Source: an uncultured Acidimicrobiales bacterium (GTDB lineage: Bacteria > Actinomycetota > Acidimicrobiia > Acidimicrobiales > CAWCAL01). From it: a DNA stretch of 64,000 nucleotides. Where the stretch lies: the NCBI GenBank assembly GCA_963697385.1, contig CAVONU010000006.1, forward strand, positions 279,934 to 343,933, read 5' to 3'. The notes below the pieces were generated by a model. That model saw only the letters and a list, made by a program, of their open reading frames with translations. It searched no databases and was not told the origin of the DNA. The position numbers and the translations under genes were made by a program. Below, piece after piece: positions 9,579 through 19,374 of this stretch. Every line of letters starts with the position of its first letter. The stretch's first letter is position 1.

Positions 9579-10702
9579 CTCTCGCTCCATCGGGTCAGGC
9601 GGCGTGCCCCGTGGGCGTCGACGGCGACCACGTCCCGTTCGAGCCAGCCGCCGACCGTCGGCTCGAAGCACCAGCCTTGTACCGCCAGGATCATGCCGGG
9701 CACGATCTCGGTGTCGGCACCCAGGCCCAGCCCGATCAGCGGTGCCTCGGTACCCAGCCCGATGCCGTGCGCGAGTGGGACGGGCATCGAGTCGCCACCG
9801 GCACCGGTCCACGCCTCCAGCAGGACGCTCCCGTGCAGCGGTGGCCGGCACGCGGCGATGACGGCGTCCAGGGCCGATCGGCAGCGCCGGCCCAGGTGCG
9901 CCTGTGCGGCGGTCGGCTCGGCTGCGACAGCGACCGTGCGGGCCAGCGTTCCCTCGTATCCGGCGTACGAGGCGGACGGTGCGAGCGCCACGAGCTCACC
10001 GATCTCGAGCGGCCGGTCGCCGACGACCTGACCGAATCCCTGGCGGGTGGCGTGGGCGACCGCCTCGTTCGGTGTGATCGGCGCGCCCAGATGGCCCACG
10101 CGTTCGACGTGGGCGGCGAGGAGCCGACGTTCGGTGACGCCCGCGACCAGCGCGGCGGTCATGGCGTCGAGGCCGGCCTCGGCGAGCGAGCAGGCGGTTT
10201 CGATCGCGTCGATCTCCGGTGGGGTCTTCACCTGGCGGGCGGTCGTCATGACATGGCGGGCGTCGACCAGCTCGCTGCGCGGCGCCGCCTCGGCGATGAG
10301 ACGGGTGAACCCGACACTCGTGCCGTCGGTCCCGATCCTCCTGGCGTCGGCGAGGCCGGGTATGTCCCGCACGTGCCCGGCGGCGATGACCGGGTTCCAG
10401 GACAACCCGAACAGATCCCGGCGGGCGATGTCCTCGGGAACCCCCTCGTCCCATGTGGCCATCAGGTGGATGCGTTGGTCGGCCCGCATGATGATGCAGG
10501 CGGGTGAGAAGGGACGCGAACCGGCGGTCCACAGCTGGCGGCTCCCGGTGGCGTAGACGATGTCGGCCGGTCGGCCCAGTACCAGCACGTCGAGATCGTG
10601 GACCGCCATCTCCTCCAGCAGACGGGCGCGACGACCGGCGCGGAGTCGGGCGAAGTCGATGCGCCCACCTTCGGGCATCGCGGCCAGGCCCGGACCGGTC
10701 AC
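9575..10702 (-). CDS. M24 (pita-bread fold) family protein with degenerate metal site
   Basis: RQVKTPPEI, HGIGLG, GMILAV; the expected Asp/Asp/Glu ligands are not evident. Confidence 0.8.
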   Translation of the reverse strand: MTGPGLAAMPEGGRIDFARLRAGRRARLLEEMAVHDLDVLVLGRPADIVYATGSRQLWTAGSRPFSPACIIMRADQRIHLMATWDEGVPEDIARRDLFGLSWNPVIAAGHVRDIPGLADARRIGTDGTSVGFTRLIAEAAPRSELVDARHVMTTARQVKTPPEIDAIETACSLAEAGLDAMTAALVAGVTERRLLAAHVERVGHLGAPITPNEAVAHATRQGFGQVVGDRPLEIGELVALAPSASYAGYEGTLARTVAVAAEPTAAQAHLGRRCRSALDAVIAACRPPLHGSVLLEAWTGAGGDSMPVPLAHGIGLGTEAPLIGLGLGADTEIVPGMILAVQGWCFEPTVGGWLERDVVAVDAHGARRLTRWSER

Positions 10703-11961
10703 TGGCCGTCCCGGGGTTCGAACGGGTCGTACGGATGATCGGAGAGGGGTGCCCACCCGTCGTCGGTCACCACCACCGTGTCCTCGGAGCGGTATCCCCC
10801 CATGCCGTCGTCCCAGATCACCGGTTCGAACACCAGGACCACGCCGGCCGTGAGAACGATCGACTCGTCGAAGGACTCGCCGAGGTCGGTCCCGAGCAGC
10901 GGCATCTCGGCGGAGTCCACGCCCAGACCGTGGGACAGGTAGAAGTGGCTGAGCCAGGGGGGTCGGCCGGCCGCGGCGCTGGCAGGGTCGGCGGCTCTCG
11001 CGGCCCGGCAGAGCTCCAGGCCGCTGGTTCCGGGCCGCACCAGATCGAGGCAGGCCCGCAGGACGGCCAGCCATCGCTCGAATTGGTGGTGCTGGGTGGC
11101 GGACGGCCGGGTGCCGACGATCCAGGTCCGCCCGAAGTCGGATGCGTAGCCTTCGTAGAGGACGCCGCTGTCGATCCACAGGACGTCGCCGGAGCGCAGC
11201 ATCCGGTCGGTGGTCGGGGTGGGATAGGCGACATCGCCGTGCGTGGTCCACGGTCCTTCTTCGAGCGCTTCGGGCATGGCCTGCCAGATGGGGTCGATCC
11301 CGACGCCGGTGGCGCCCAGCTCGAACGCGCGGCGAAGGAAGGTGCCGCTGAGGTCGCTCTGGCGGGCGCCGGGCCGGACCAGGGGGTAGACGTCGCCCAT
11401 GGCGGCCTCGTTGATCCCCTGAGCGGTGCGCAGGCAGGCCAGCTCGTCGGGGGTCTTCACGAGACGGGCCGCGGCCAGGACGGCTGCGCCGTTGGCCAGA
11501 CGACGCTCGCCGACCGCGGCCTCGAGGGGATGGGTCCGCTCGTCGGCGGCCAGCCGCATGTCGTCTTCCACGTACCCGACCAGGACCGACCGGATGTCGT
11601 CGACGGCCTCGTCGAAGTCGACGAACAGCGGCGGGTGGACGTGGTCGTCGGGGAGCCGGTCGGCCGCCCCGTCGGGATAGGGCGTGAACAGGTGGGGGTC
11701 CGGATCGTCGACGAGCACGAGGGCGACGGGGCGGAGCACGGTGGCTCGACCGGCATCGACCGAGGGGAGGGCCGCGCCGGTGGCGTAGTGCACGGCGCTG
11801 GTGCCGAGCACGAGGAGAGCGTCCACGTCCCGGCGGGCCATCTCGTCGCGCAAGCGGACCGATCGGTCGCGGCGGAGGCGGGTGAGATCCGGCACGGCGG
11901 GGATGAGCTCACCGTTGATGGTGGCGGTCGTCGACGCCTCCAGAGCAAATGTGACACTCAT
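10699..11961 (-). CDS. M24 family metallo-enzyme (Xaa-Pro peptidase/creatinase/DddP fold)
   Basis: RLVKTPDEL, IDSG...YASDFGRT, HGLG, FEP, RSED: complete D-D-H-E-E ligand set. Confidence 0.88.
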   Translation of the reverse strand: MSVTFALEASTTATINGELIPAVPDLTRLRRDRSVRLRDEMARRDVDALLVLGTSAVHYATGAALPSVDAGRATVLRPVALVLVDDPDPHLFTPYPDGAADRLPDDHVHPPLFVDFDEAVDDIRSVLVGYVEDDMRLAADERTHPLEAAVGERRLANGAAVLAAARLVKTPDELACLRTAQGINEAAMGDVYPLVRPGARQSDLSGTFLRRAFELGATGVGIDPIWQAMPEALEEGPWTTHGDVAYPTPTTDRMLRSGDVLWIDSGVLYEGYASDFGRTWIVGTRPSATQHHQFERWLAVLRACLDLVRPGTSGLELCRAARAADPASAAAGRPPWLSHFYLSHGLGVDSAEMPLLGTDLGESFDESIVLTAGVVLVFEPVIWDDGMGGYRSEDTVVVTDDGWAPLSDHPYDPFEPRDGQ

Positions 11962-11965
11962 GTCA
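11952..11965. promoter_or_regulatory. Putative operator TGAC-ACTCAT-GTCA overlapping the M24 start codon
   Basis: Perfect motif beside overlapping divergent -10 boxes (11969-11978). Confidence 0.75.
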
Positions 11966-11984
11966 GGAATGGTAGCCTCCCGAA

Positions 11985-12773
11985 ATGCAGACGGGCCTGG
12001 CCGATCGGGTGGCCGTGGTGACCGGTGCCGGACGGGGAATCGGCCGACAGGTCACGCTCGATCTCGTGGCCGAGGGTTGCCGGGTCGTGGCCTGCGCTCG
12101 CACCGCGACGGACCTCGAGGCCGTGGCCGACCGTGCCGGCCGCGACGCGGTGGTGCCGCTGCCCGTCGACCTCGCCGACATCGCGGCCGCCGAGCGCATC
12201 GCTGCCGTCGCCCTCGATCGATTCGGTCGGCTCGATGTGGTCGTCAACAATGCCGGCGGCGCGGTGGCGCACCGGTTGGACGCGATGACCGACGACGGGT
12301 GGCGGGCCGCCTTCGAGGTCGACTTCTTCGCTGCCGCCCGGCTGTCGGTGGCCGCCGTCGCACCGATGCGCGATGCCGGCTGGGGCCGGATCGTGAACGT
12401 GGCCTCCACCTACGGCCGCGAGCCGGACCCGTCCTTCGCCGCCTATGGAGCGGCCAAGGCGGCCCTGCTCAATCTGACCAAGAGTTTCGCCCGCGCCTTC
12501 TCGGCCGAGGGGGTGCTGACCAACTGCGTTCTCCCCGGGGTCACGCTGACCGAGGGCGTCGAGGCGGCGGCTGCGGAAGCGGCCGATCGGTCGGGCTCGT
12601 CGGTGGCCGAGGTGCTGGCCGCAACCATGGCGAAGGACCCCGTGGCCGCGGGACGATTCGGCGAACCCGACGAGGTCTCGGCCGCCATCTGCTTCCTCGC
12701 CTCGGAGCGCGCCAGTTGGATCAGTGGAGCGTGCCTCGCGGTGGACGGGTCCACCCTCCGCGTCGCGCCGTGA
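11985..12773 (+). CDS. SDR family oxidoreductase
   Basis: VTGAGRGIG, VNNAG, YGAAK. Confidence 0.92.
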   Translation: MQTGLADRVAVVTGAGRGIGRQVTLDLVAEGCRVVACARTATDLEAVADRAGRDAVVPLPVDLADIAAAERIAAVALDRFGRLDVVVNNAGGAVAHRLDAMTDDGWRAAFEVDFFAAARLSVAAVAPMRDAGWGRIVNVASTYGREPDPSFAAYGAAKAALLNLTKSFARAFSAEGVLTNCVLPGVTLTEGVEAAAAEAADRSGSSVAEVLAATMAKDPVAAGRFGEPDEVSAAICFLASERASWISGACLAVDGSTLRVAP

Positions 12774-12796
12774 CCGACTCCCCGGTGAACAACCCG

Positions 12797-14338
12797 CTAG
12801 GCGCCGAACAGCGCTGCCACCGCATTCCGGTCGATCTTGCCCATGGCGTTGCGTGGTAGCGCCTTCACCACCTCGAACCGCTCGGGCACTTTGTAGCGGG
12901 CCAGCTGGCCCGCACACCGCTCGGCGAGATCGGCTCCGGTCAGGGTGGCGCCCGCATCCAGCTCGACCGCCGCCACCACCCGTTGTCCGAGGCGGACGTC
13001 GTCGACGCCGGTCACCGCACTGCCGGCCACGCCGTCGATGGCGTGCAGCACCCGCTCGACCTCGGCGGGGTAGACGTTGGCCCCGCCCCGGAGGATCAGC
13101 AGGTTCTTGCGGTCCCGGACGTGCAGCCAGCCGTCCTGGTCCAGCAGCCCGATGTCCCCGGTGTGGACTACGCCGCCAGCGGTGACCTCTTCGCTCGCGT
13201 CGGGACGGTTCCAGTACCCCAGGACCGGCGAGTACAGGTCGGCGTAGCGACCGCTCCGTGCGGGGGCGAGACAGATCTCGCCCAGCCCGCCGGGCCGGGC
13301 GGCGGTGCCGTCGTCGTCCACGACCCGAATCTCCAGGTGGGGCAGGACCCGACCGCTGGCCCGCTCGACGTGGAGACCATCCGGAGGATCGATGCTCACC
13401 ACCGTCGGGGCCTCCGACAGGCCGTAGGTCCCGATGACGGGAAGCCCGAACCGTTCGGCGAACCGGTGGCGGAGCGCTTCGGGAAGGTCCGAGCCCCCCG
13501 ACCACACCTCGCGCAGGGTGGTCAGCGCGGCATCGTCGACCGCGTCGGACGCGACCAGGCTGTGGAGCAGGGCCGGGGGGCCGTTCCAGACCGTGACGCG
13601 CTCGCGCCGGATCCAGTCGGCCACACCCTCGGCGTGCATCTGATCCATGATCACGGTCGTCCCCCCCGCCTGGGGAGCCAGCAGCGTGGTGAGCACCATC
13701 ATGTTCAGGATCGTGAGCGGGAGGCAGTCGCCCTTGCGCAGATCCGGTCCGTACCCGCGGTGGTCGACCAGGACGCCGCCGGGCACCAGCAGGTTGTGCT
13801 GCGAGTGGACGGCGCCCTTCGGCCGCCCGGTGGTCCCGCTGGTGTAGGCGAGCGCGGCGGGAGCGGCGGGGTCGACCGGCGCCAGGTCGCGACGTGGTGC
13901 GGTCGAGCCCACGGCCTGTCGCCACTGGTCGTCGTCGACCACCGCGTGGAGGTCGGGAAGCTCGCTGCGGTGGGGGGCGAGCGCGCCAGCGATGGTGCCG
14001 TCGCACAGAAGGAACGTCGATTGCGAGTCGGCGAGCAGGAACGACTGCTCGGGCGGCGCCAGCGCCCGGTTGATACCGACCCAGATCGCGCCGAGCCGCA
14101 TCGCGCCGTGGAACGCGACGATGATGTCGATCTCGTTGGGGAGCACGGCGGCGACCCGGTCACCCGCTCGAACCCCGACGTCGGCCAGGGCGCCTGCGGC
14201 GCGGGCGCACCGCGCGTCCAGCTCCCCGTAGCTCCAGCGCCCACTCCGCGTCACCAGTGCCTCGCGGTCCTCATCCTCGGCCAGCGGGGTGGCGAACACA
14301 TCGGCCACCGTGGCGGGCATTTCGAACACCGGAGTCAT
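12797..14338 (-). CDS. Acyl-CoA ligase (AMP-binding enzyme)
   Basis: YTSGTTGRPKG, YGLSE, HTGDIG, RGGANVYPAEVE, GKIDR. Confidence 0.92.
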   Translation of the reverse strand: MTPVFEMPATVADVFATPLAEDEDREALVTRSGRWSYGELDARCARAAGALADVGVRAGDRVAAVLPNEIDIIVAFHGAMRLGAIWVGINRALAPPEQSFLLADSQSTFLLCDGTIAGALAPHRSELPDLHAVVDDDQWRQAVGSTAPRRDLAPVDPAAPAALAYTSGTTGRPKGAVHSQHNLLVPGGVLVDHRGYGPDLRKGDCLPLTILNMMVLTTLLAPQAGGTTVIMDQMHAEGVADWIRRERVTVWNGPPALLHSLVASDAVDDAALTTLREVWSGGSDLPEALRHRFAERFGLPVIGTYGLSEAPTVVSIDPPDGLHVERASGRVLPHLEIRVVDDDGTAARPGGLGEICLAPARSGRYADLYSPVLGYWNRPDASEEVTAGGVVHTGDIGLLDQDGWLHVRDRKNLLILRGGANVYPAEVERVLHAIDGVAGSAVTGVDDVRLGQRVVAAVELDAGATLTGADLAERCAGQLARYKVPERFEVVKALPRNAMGKIDRNAVAALFGA

Positions 14339-14390
14339 GTTCCTATGATCGTCCACGTCGGGGACCGGGCGCACAAAGGGGACCGTCTCG

Positions 14391-15554
14391 ATGGACTACG
14401 ACCTGGGTGAGGGAGCCGATGCCCTCCGAGCGCGACTGCGCCGCCTCGTCGCCGACGAGATCCCGGCCGGCTGGTTGGGCGCGTTCTCCGATGATCCGGC
14501 CGATCTCGACCGGGCCCAGGCGTTCTGTCGCACCCTCGCCGACGAGGGGCTGCTCACCCTCGCCTGGCCGGAGGAGTTCGGCGGCGCCGGGGGTTCGGTC
14601 TGGGACCAGACCGTGGTGCGCGAGGAGATGTGGGCCCATCACGAGCCGCGCGGGGCGCAGTACATGGGCCTCAACTGGGTCGGACCGGCCATCATGGCCT
14701 ACGGCACGGAACCCCAGAAGGAACGGTTCCTTCCGCCCATCGCCAGGGGCGAGGTCATCTGGTGCCAGGGTTTCAGTGAACCCGATGCCGGCTCGGACCT
14801 GGCCTCGCTTGTCACGCGTGCGGACCCGATCGACGACCCGGGCGAGGCGGGGTGGCGCATCAACGGTCAGAAGATCTGGACGTCGTACGCCGAGATGGCG
14901 CAGTGGTGCGTGCTCGCGGCCCGGGTCGGACCGAAGGGCGACCGCAAGCACGAGGGCATCACCATGTTCCTCGTCCCGATGGACCGGTCCGGTGTGACCG
15001 TCCGACCGATCCGCAGCATGCTGGGCCCACACCACCTGAACGAGGTGTTCTTCGACGATGTCGACGTGGGGCCCGACGAGGTGTTGGGCGACATCGGTGA
15101 CGGGTGGTCGGTCATCCGCCGTGCACTCGCTCACGAACGGGTCGGAATCGCCCGCTACGCGCGATGCGAGCGGCTGCTCTCGATGGTCGCAGCCGCGGCC
15201 GGCGGAATCGGCGAGCTCCCGCCGGCGATCCGGGCCGCCTGGGCTCGAGCCCTGGTCCAGGTCCGTGCGGCTCGCCTCCTGGCCTATCGGGCGGTCGAGG
15301 AACAGGAGCGTGACGAGCCGGACGACGCCACTGCCAGCGCGGCCCGCCTGGCCGTGGTCCAGTGCGATCAGACGGTGGCCGAGCTGCTCTTCCAGGTCCT
15401 GGGGGAGCGCAGTCTCGAAGCCGGACCGGCGGCTCCGCTGGCCGGAGCGGTCGAGGACCATTGGCGCTACGCCCAGGCCGCCACCGTGGCGTCGGGCACG
15501 ATCGAGATCCAGCGCATCATCGTTTCGAGAGCGCTGCTGGGGGCAGCGCGATGA
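14391..15554 (+). CDS. Acyl-CoA dehydrogenase (SEPxAGSD-containing subunit)
   Basis: WCQGFSEPDAGSDLASL, NGQKIWTS, NEVFFDDV, SGTIEIQR. Confidence 0.92.
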   Translation: MDYDLGEGADALRARLRRLVADEIPAGWLGAFSDDPADLDRAQAFCRTLADEGLLTLAWPEEFGGAGGSVWDQTVVREEMWAHHEPRGAQYMGLNWVGPAIMAYGTEPQKERFLPPIARGEVIWCQGFSEPDAGSDLASLVTRADPIDDPGEAGWRINGQKIWTSYAEMAQWCVLAARVGPKGDRKHEGITMFLVPMDRSGVTVRPIRSMLGPHHLNEVFFDDVDVGPDEVLGDIGDGWSVIRRALAHERVGIARYARCERLLSMVAAAAGGIGELPPAIRAAWARALVQVRAARLLAYRAVEEQERDEPDDATASAARLAVVQCDQTVAELLFQVLGERSLEAGPAAPLAGAVEDHWRYAQAATVASGTIEIQRIIVSRALLGAAR

Positions 15555-16537
15555 GGCCACACCTGTCCGACGATGCCCAGACCTTCGGTGCGGTGGCCGG
15601 TCGGGCGTTCGCCGATGCCGGGGGTGTCGACCTCGCCCGTCGGATGGAGGCCGACCCGAGGCTCCGCCAGGCCGAGGTGGGATCGCTGCTGGAACGCCTG
15701 GGTGTCGCCGACCTCGATCCCGTAGCGGACCCCGCCGCCGCCGAAGCCGCCGCTGCCGTGTGTCGCGCCGGCGGCGCCGTCGCCCTGCCCTACCCCCTCG
15801 TCCCGGTGGTGCTCCGCTCGGCCGGTTCCCCACCACTGGCGCTCCGTCGTCGACCCGACGGCGATCGGGGCTCGGGTGCCGACGAGTCGGGCGCAGGTGG
15901 TGGGGTGCTGGTGGACCACGGCGACACGTTCGACGAGTGGAGACTGGCCACGATCGACGGCGACACGGTCTGCGGATCGCCCCGGGGCAGGCGACTCGAG
16001 TCCCGGCTCGGGCCGTTCGTCACCGACGTGAAGGTCGACGGCGGGTCGACGTCGACGCCGGTCGAGATCGCGCTGCACCTCACGCTGACCTCGTTCGTCG
16101 TGGCCGGGGCCTTGCGGGCCGCCGTCGACGCTGCGACGGAACACGTCGTCGGTCGGGTGCAGTTCGACAAGCCCCTGTCGGCGTTCCAGGCAGTTCAGTT
16201 CCAGCTGGCCGATGCCCACGTCGTCGCGTCCGGGGTGGACGAGATGGCGCAGTTCGCGCTGTGGCGCTGCCACACCGAACCCGCTCGATCGATCTCCGAC
16301 GCACTGGGAGCACGGCTGGCAGCGCTCGACGCCGCTCGATCGGTCCTGCGGACGGCGCAGCAGCTCCACGGAGCGGCCGGGGTGTGCGACGAGTACGACG
16401 TGTCGGTGATCGCCCGCCACCTGCAGCCGGCGCTGCGGATTCCCTTCGGGGCGGAGCACACCGCCGAGCTGCTCGCCGACTCGATCGGCCGGGTCGGCTT
16501 CGCCGGATTGTTCGAGCACGGAGCGCCGTCGCGATGA
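15551..16537 (+). CDS. Short acyl-CoA dehydrogenase partner subunit
   Basis: RVQFDKPLSAFQAVQFQLAD, QQLHGAAG; ATGA-coupled to the preceding ACAD. Confidence 0.85.
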   Translation: MRPHLSDDAQTFGAVAGRAFADAGGVDLARRMEADPRLRQAEVGSLLERLGVADLDPVADPAAAEAAAAVCRAGGAVALPYPLVPVVLRSAGSPPLALRRRPDGDRGSGADESGAGGGVLVDHGDTFDEWRLATIDGDTVCGSPRGRRLESRLGPFVTDVKVDGGSTSTPVEIALHLTLTSFVVAGALRAAVDAATEHVVGRVQFDKPLSAFQAVQFQLADAHVVASGVDEMAQFALWRCHTEPARSISDALGARLAALDAARSVLRTAQQLHGAAGVCDEYDVSVIARHLQPALRIPFGAEHTAELLADSIGRVGFAGLFEHGAPSR

Positions 16538-18192
16538 CCACGTTCGAGGGTCCCTCGCTCGACTCCACCTCCGGCATCGGCGCGCTGACCCTTGGCGGCT
16601 TCCTCAGCCAGGTGGTCGCCGACCACGCCCGGCGCGAGGCACTGGTCTTCGATGACCCGCTGCTGGACGACGGCACGGTCCGCTGGACCTACCGCGACCT
16701 GGACGAGCAGACGGCGACCATCGCCGCGGGGCTCGTCGCACGAGGTGTCGGCCTCGGGACCAGGGTCGGGATCGTGATGGGCAATCGTCCCGAAGCGGTG
16801 GCGTCGATCTTCGCGGTCGCACTGGTCGGCGGTGTGGCCGTGCCGCTCTCGACCTTCTCGACGACGTCCGAGCTGCGCGACCTCGTCGGGAGATCGGCGG
16901 TCGCCGGTGTGCTCACCCAGGCGCGGCTCCGGGGCCGCACCTTCGCTTCAGAGATCGACGGGCTGGTCGCCGATCCGACCCTGCCCTTCCTGGGTTGGAG
17001 CGCTGCGGTGGGGGCGCCGTCGTGGACCGAGTTGCTGCGTTCCGGCGAGGCCGCCGACCGCGAGCTCGTCGACCGGCGGGCCGGGGCGATCACGCCGGGC
17101 GACCCCGGCCTCATCCTGTTCAGCTCGGGTACGACGGCCTCTCCCAAGGGCATGATCCACCTCCACCGTGCCCCGACCCTGCAGTTCTGGTTGCACGCCG
17201 ACATCTTCCGGCGCACCGCCGACGCCCGGGTGTGGGCCCCGCTGCCGTTGTTCTGGACGGCCGGTCTCACCACCGCGCTCGGTCCGACCCTCGCAGGCGG
17301 GGGCTGCGCGGTGCTGCAGGAGGTGTTCGACGCCGGTCCCGCCCTCCACCTGCTGGAGCGCGAGCGGGTCACCGAGCCGTACACGCTTCCTCACCAGGCC
17401 ACCGCGCTGGCCGAGCACGCCGACTGGGCCACCACCGATCTGTCGTCGTTGCGCGAGGTGTACGGCAAATCGGTCTTCACCCGCCACCCCTCGGTCCGCG
17501 GCGACACGACCTGGAACATGCCGGTGGCCTACGGGTCCTCCGAGACCTGCGCCAGCGTCGTGAGCCACCGGTGGGACACCCCGCGGGAGGAGATGAAGGC
17601 CAGTACCGGCCGACTGCTCCCCGGCGTGCACTTGCGCGTGCTCGACCCCGAGTCGGGTGACGAGCTGGGCGTCGACCAGGACGGTGAGCTGGCCCTTGCC
17701 GGCCCGACCCTGCTCGATCGGTACGTGGGCATGACGCGGGAGGAGACCTTCGGACCCGACGGATTCTTCCGCACCGGCGACATGGGCCACGTCGACGCCC
17801 GCGGCGACGTCCACTGGACGGGCCGCCGCACTGAGATGATCAAGACCGCCGGGGCCAACGTGTCGCCCGCCGAGATCGAGGTGGCGCTCCGCGCCTGCCC
17901 CGAGGTCCGTCGGGCCCGGGTCGTCGGACTGCCCGACCGTCGCCTGGGCGAGGTCGTGACGTTGTGCGTCGAACTGGTGGACGGCGCCGACGCCGATGGC
18001 GACGGGCTCCGGTCGTTCCTCTCCGACCGGATCGCCGCCTACAAGGTCCCGCGTCAGGTGCTGTTCTTCGCGCCCGGCGAGCTCCCCACCACCGGGAGCG
18101 ACGCCAAGATCCGCGACGACGAGCTCACCGCGATCGCCTCCGCGCGTCTCGCCGCCTCATCGACCCCTACGCACATCGAGGATCCGCCATGA
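16534..18192 (+). CDS. Acyl-CoA ligase (AMP-binding enzyme)
   Basis: FSSGTTASPKG, YGSSET, FRTGD, KTAGANVSPAEIE, AYKVP. Confidence 0.92.
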   Translation: MTTFEGPSLDSTSGIGALTLGGFLSQVVADHARREALVFDDPLLDDGTVRWTYRDLDEQTATIAAGLVARGVGLGTRVGIVMGNRPEAVASIFAVALVGGVAVPLSTFSTTSELRDLVGRSAVAGVLTQARLRGRTFASEIDGLVADPTLPFLGWSAAVGAPSWTELLRSGEAADRELVDRRAGAITPGDPGLILFSSGTTASPKGMIHLHRAPTLQFWLHADIFRRTADARVWAPLPLFWTAGLTTALGPTLAGGGCAVLQEVFDAGPALHLLERERVTEPYTLPHQATALAEHADWATTDLSSLREVYGKSVFTRHPSVRGDTTWNMPVAYGSSETCASVVSHRWDTPREEMKASTGRLLPGVHLRVLDPESGDELGVDQDGELALAGPTLLDRYVGMTREETFGPDGFFRTGDMGHVDARGDVHWTGRRTEMIKTAGANVSPAEIEVALRACPEVRRARVVGLPDRRLGEVVTLCVELVDGADADGDGLRSFLSDRIAAYKVPRQVLFFAPGELPTTGSDAKIRDDELTAIASARLAASSTPTHIEDPP

Positions 18193-19370
18193 CCACCACA
18201 CCGACGCCCGATCCGGCGCTCGACACCAGCGATCTCGCCCGGCACATGGGCGTGCCGATGCGCCCGGGTGAGCTGAACGACGACATCTCCGGTGCCGACA
18301 TCCGGCGTTGGGTCCAGGCGATGCACTACCCGAACCCGTTGCACTATGACCGGGCGTGGGCCGAGCAGAGCCGCTTCGGGGAGCTGGTGGCACCGCAGTC
18401 GTTCACCGTGGCCTGCGACACCAGTCACGGGTGCTCGCCGGCCCAGGTCGGCCGCATTCCCGACTCACACCTGATCTTCGGCGGCGACGAGTGGTGGTTC
18501 TTCGGGCCTCGGATCAGGGCCGGGGACCACCTCGTGTGTCACCGGATGCCGTACGACTACAAGGTGACCGAGACGAGCTTCGCCGGGCCGACCTGTTTCC
18601 AGCGGGGCGACACCCTCTACATCAACCAACGGGGCGAACGGGTGGCCCAACAGCGGTCCACGGCCATTCGGTATCCGGTGTCCGAGGCCAAGGAGAAGAA
18701 GCTCTTCGACGAGGCCCAGGATCCCGAGTGGACCGACGAGGAGTTGAGCGAGATCGAAGCGCGAAAGTTGGCGTTCATCGAGCAGATCCAGGAGCTCCGC
18801 CACGACAAGCGGCTGTTCTCGAGCGTGTCCGTGGGCGACCGGTTGGCCGAGCACGTCCTGGGACCGCACAGCCTGGCCAGCTTCACCACCGAGTGGCGTG
18901 CCTTTCCCATGACGACCTGGGGTGGGATGCGCACCGGGCCGACCACGGTGAGCGCCGAGGATCTCGGGTACACCAAGGAGATGGCCGGCTACGAGGGCGA
19001 CCGTCGCATGGAGCGGATGAACCCCGAGCTGACCGACGGCGCCTACCACGGCCCGTCGCGCGGTCACCTCCAGCCCCGGTGGGCGCAGCACGTCGGTATG
19101 GCTCGCGGATACGGATACGGAGCGTCGATGGGGTCCTGGATCCTGGACTATGTGGCCGCGTGGGGCGGGGAGTGGGGCTTCATCTCCCACTCGGAAGCGC
19201 AGTACCGCAATCCCGCCTTCACCGGCGATGTCACGGTCATCACCGGTGAGGTCGTCGACACCAGGGTCGAGCGGCGCAGGTCCATCGCCGTGGTTGCGGT
19301 GGAGCTCACCAACCAGACCGGCGCGACGATGGCCAAGGCCACCGTCGAGGTCGAGCTCCCCACGGAGTAG
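18189..19370 (+). CDS. Double-hotdog MaoC/FAS1-like dehydratase
   Basis: DIRRWVQAMHYPNPLHYD...FGELVAPQSF N-terminal hotdog; second hotdog with YRNPAFTGD. Confidence 0.8.
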   Translation: MTTTPTPDPALDTSDLARHMGVPMRPGELNDDISGADIRRWVQAMHYPNPLHYDRAWAEQSRFGELVAPQSFTVACDTSHGCSPAQVGRIPDSHLIFGGDEWWFFGPRIRAGDHLVCHRMPYDYKVTETSFAGPTCFQRGDTLYINQRGERVAQQRSTAIRYPVSEAKEKKLFDEAQDPEWTDEELSEIEARKLAFIEQIQELRHDKRLFSSVSVGDRLAEHVLGPHSLASFTTEWRAFPMTTWGGMRTGPTTVSAEDLGYTKEMAGYEGDRRMERMNPELTDGAYHGPSRGHLQPRWAQHVGMARGYGYGASMGSWILDYVAAWGGEWGFISHSEAQYRNPAFTGDVTVITGEVVDTRVERRRSIAVVAVELTNQTGATMAKATVEVELPTE

Positions 19371-19374
19371 GACG

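Noticed and set aside
15058-18192. Apparent giant ORFs (1044 aa here; 1013 aa at 47873..50914; 672 aa at 39701..41719)
   Set aside because: Only the C-terminal parts have motifs; the upstream parts overlap other real genes, and better starts exist
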